DNA of 64,000 nucleotides from a virus: IMG/VR virus record IMGVR_UViG_3300043436_003929, positions 4,664 to 68,663 of that record; one strand, 5' to 3'. Shown piece by piece: positions 61,301 to 64,000 of this stretch (position 1 is its first letter; each line of letters starts with the position of its first letter). The notes under the pieces were generated by a model. It saw only the letters and a program-made list of their open reading frames with translations, ran no database searches and was not told where the DNA came from. The position numbers and the translations under genes were made by a program.

Positions 61301-64000
61301 CACCAACCGAAACTCCAACAAATACTCCTACTGAGACACCAACAGAAACTCCAACTAATACACCAACATCAACTGAAACTCCAACACCGACACCAAGTTC
61401 GGCATCACAAGCATCTCAATTTACGGTGACTGTGAATGAAGTTGGACCTGATGTTGTTTGGTCAGGTTCGGGAACATTTAACACCACAGACCTTTTACTT
61501 GAAGCAACAACAACCGTAGTCTCAGGATATGATGTTCAAGATGCGGTTTGGATAGTGGCCGATGTTGATCTAGGGTCTCCTGTTTGGCAGTATTCTGGTA
61601 TAAACATATTCCCAACTGATTTTGGTATTACAGGTAGTGTATTACCTTCATCACATTCTGGACAAAATTTTGGTGTAATAGCACCACCAGCATCTAGTAG
61701 AAATTTATTGGTTCCAACAACTTATGTTTCAGGTACTGAAATAAGTGGTTCAACAACATATTCAGCAACAACAATTATTGATATGGGATTGGTACCAGGA
61801 ACTTATACTTATAGTTGGGGTTCAGGAATAAATCAAGGTGAATTAACATTGATTATTGCCAATAGCACCGTTACACCAACTCCTACCATAACTGAAACTT
61901 CAACACCAACACCGACAGTAACCGAAACTCCAACTGAAACTCCTACTAATACACCGACAGAAACTCCTACCGAGACTCCAACAAATACTCCAACTGAAAC
62001 ACCAACAAATACTCCTACAAATACTGAAACACCAACAAATACTCCTACAAATACTGAAACACCAACCAATACCCCAACTGAAACACCAACAAATACTCCT
62101 ACAAATACACCAACAATAACTCCTACCGAAACACCAACAAATACGCCAACAATAACTCCAACTATTACACCATCAACAACTCCACCTCCAGCGTTTATTA
62201 TGGAGGTTGATACGAGAATAAGTGGTGGAACATCGTCAGCAACAAATACATTTGTATTACCGCTAACAGCGGGACAAACATATAACTTCAGCGTAAATTG
62301 GGGTGATGGAACATCTCAAACTGTTACAGGATCAACTAATGTTACAAAAGTATATTCAACACCAGGTGTTTATGATATTTCAATAAGAGGAATATTCCCA
62401 AGAATCAATTTTAACAACATCGGTGATGACGCAAAAATAACTAAAGTTAAGCAATGGGGTAGTATTGTTTGGAATTCATTTGATAGTGCATTTAGAGGTT
62501 GTAACAATTTGGATGTTACAGCATTGGACACACCAAACTTATCAAATGTAACAAATCTATCAAATATGTTTAATGCTTGTCTTTCGTTGACCGGTAATTC
62601 ATCATTTAGTTCGTGGAACACTAGTAATGTAAATGATATGACTGGTATGTTTAATAACGCATCACAATTCAATCAAAATATTAGTAGTTGGAATACTAGT
62701 AATGTAACCAATATGAGTAGTATGTTTTTTGGAGCGTCAGTATTCAATCAACCAATAGGTTCTTGGACTGTTAGTGGTGTTACAAATATGGCCAGTATGT
62801 TACGATCTGCTTTGGCATTCAATCAACCACTTAGTTCTTGGACTGTTAGTAACGTATCCAGTATGGCAGCAATGTTTTTAGGAGCCACTGCGTTTAATCA
62901 AAATATTGGTACGTGGTCTTTAAGAACTGCAGGCGTTACTATGACAACTATGTTAAATAGTTGTGGAATGAATACCGAAAATTATTCAAGAACATTAATC
63001 GGTTGGGCAAATTCAGTTAGTGCGAATGGTAATTTACCTTCAGCTGTATCATTAGGTGCCACTTCGGAGACATATGATTGTGTTGATTATGTGACAGGTG
63101 CGACATATACAAATGCGGTTGCTGCCAGAACTTACTTGGATTTAGGAATCCCTGCTTGGACTTTCAACGGGGATAGTCAATCAGGATCTTGTCCTTCACC
63201 AACACCAACCATAACCCCAACTAACACTCCAACACCAACCATAACCCCAACTAACACTTCAACTCCAACATCAACACCAAACCCTACACCATCAATAACA
63301 CCAAGTACTAGTTCAACAATCTTCACAGCCAAAATGGTTGCGGTAGGTGGAACAACAACTCAAATAGCTTATAGCTTAAATGGTTTTAATTGGTCAGCAT
63401 CGACAAGTGGAGATAATTTATTCACAGGTTCAATTGCCAATACTGTTGAGGTTAATGGTAATGGAAGTAGATGGGTTGCGGGAAGTGCAAATGGAAGTAG
63501 CAATAGGTTAATTTACTCTAATGACGGTATTAATTGGAGTGCTTCAACAACAGGTAATAACATATTTTCAAGAGAGGTTTTAGGATTATCTTGGAATGCT
63601 GATAGGTGGTTAGCGGGAGGTGCTTTAAGTGGTACATTTGAAGGTAGAGTGGCATACTCAAATGATGGTATTACTTGGACAGGTTCAACAACCAATTTTG
63701 GTACATTAATTTGGCCGTATGATTTTGCATCTAATGGTAGCAGATGGGTTCTCGGAACAGGAAGAAATCAAGCAGGTGATAACACATCGTACTATTCAAA
63801 CGATAATGGTGTCACTTGGTCGGCATCAACAAATGCCGGTAATATTGTGGCAGGTGGAATGTTAGGTGTTGCTTGGGGTAATAATGTCTTTATTGGTGTT
63901 GGTAGCACTGGTGATGACGGAGGACCAACATCACCGTTCTTCCAAATAGGAGCGTCTTATGATGGTATTACATGGACTGGTGTTACAACACTTGACACTA
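58369..64000 (+). CDS. Giant (>1870 aa) modular T/P-rich surface protein, 3'-truncated (absent from the ORF track)
   Basis: ATG at 58369 ([32 protein letters not shown]...); frame appears open to the window end. T/P linkers separate globular domains, a PKD+DUF285 module (~62190-63190) and YSxDGxxW propeller repeats (from ~63330). Confidence 0.88.

Noticed and set aside
1-64000. Stop-codon reassignment as seen in some large phages
   Set aside because: Core genes are full length in the standard code, and TAG/TGA end genes at sensible places (e.g. 45721, 50769, 2521).
1-64000. tRNA/rRNA genes, introns or inteins
   Set aside because: No cloverleaf or T-loop signature noticed in the short spacers; TerL, portal and capsid show no obvious large insertions. 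Not checked computationally.

Overview
This is a 64-kb AT-rich segment of a large T4-like (myovirus/jumbo-type) phage genome. The host is most likely Bacteroidota/Flavobacteria, inferred from the absence of Shine-Dalgarno sites, TAnnTTTG-like promoters, a Bacteroidota-type bS21 and a DUF4494-like gene. From left to right: (1) head module with terminase large subunit, portal, prohead protease, scaffold and gp23-type major capsid protein, followed by a free-standing HNH endonuclease; (2) minus-strand block with baseplate/spike genes and a gp55-like sigma factor; (3) ~11-kb glycosylation and nucleotide-metabolism cluster with six glycosyltransferase genes, a methyltransferase, a UDP-sugar dehydrogenase homologue, PhoH, a HAD-like protein, dUTPase and an exonuclease; (4) operon of probable head proteins including a stand-alone WYL domain; (5) ~25-kb array of giant modular fibre/decoration proteins built from mucin-like Thr/Pro linkers, Pro-free Gly-X-Y repeats, BspA/DUF285, RCC1 and propeller modules. 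Main observations beyond the ORF track: an antisense ribosomal protein bS21 gene split by a -1 frameshift in an A8 run; a strand-oriented TATTTAT(A) motif upstream of most late genes; a structured RNA leader before a zinc-ribbon gene; apparent synonymous recoding of the capsid gene 3' end next to the HNH gene; and a possible phage-encoded virion glycosylation system. All family calls come from motif recognition by eye; no searches were run.
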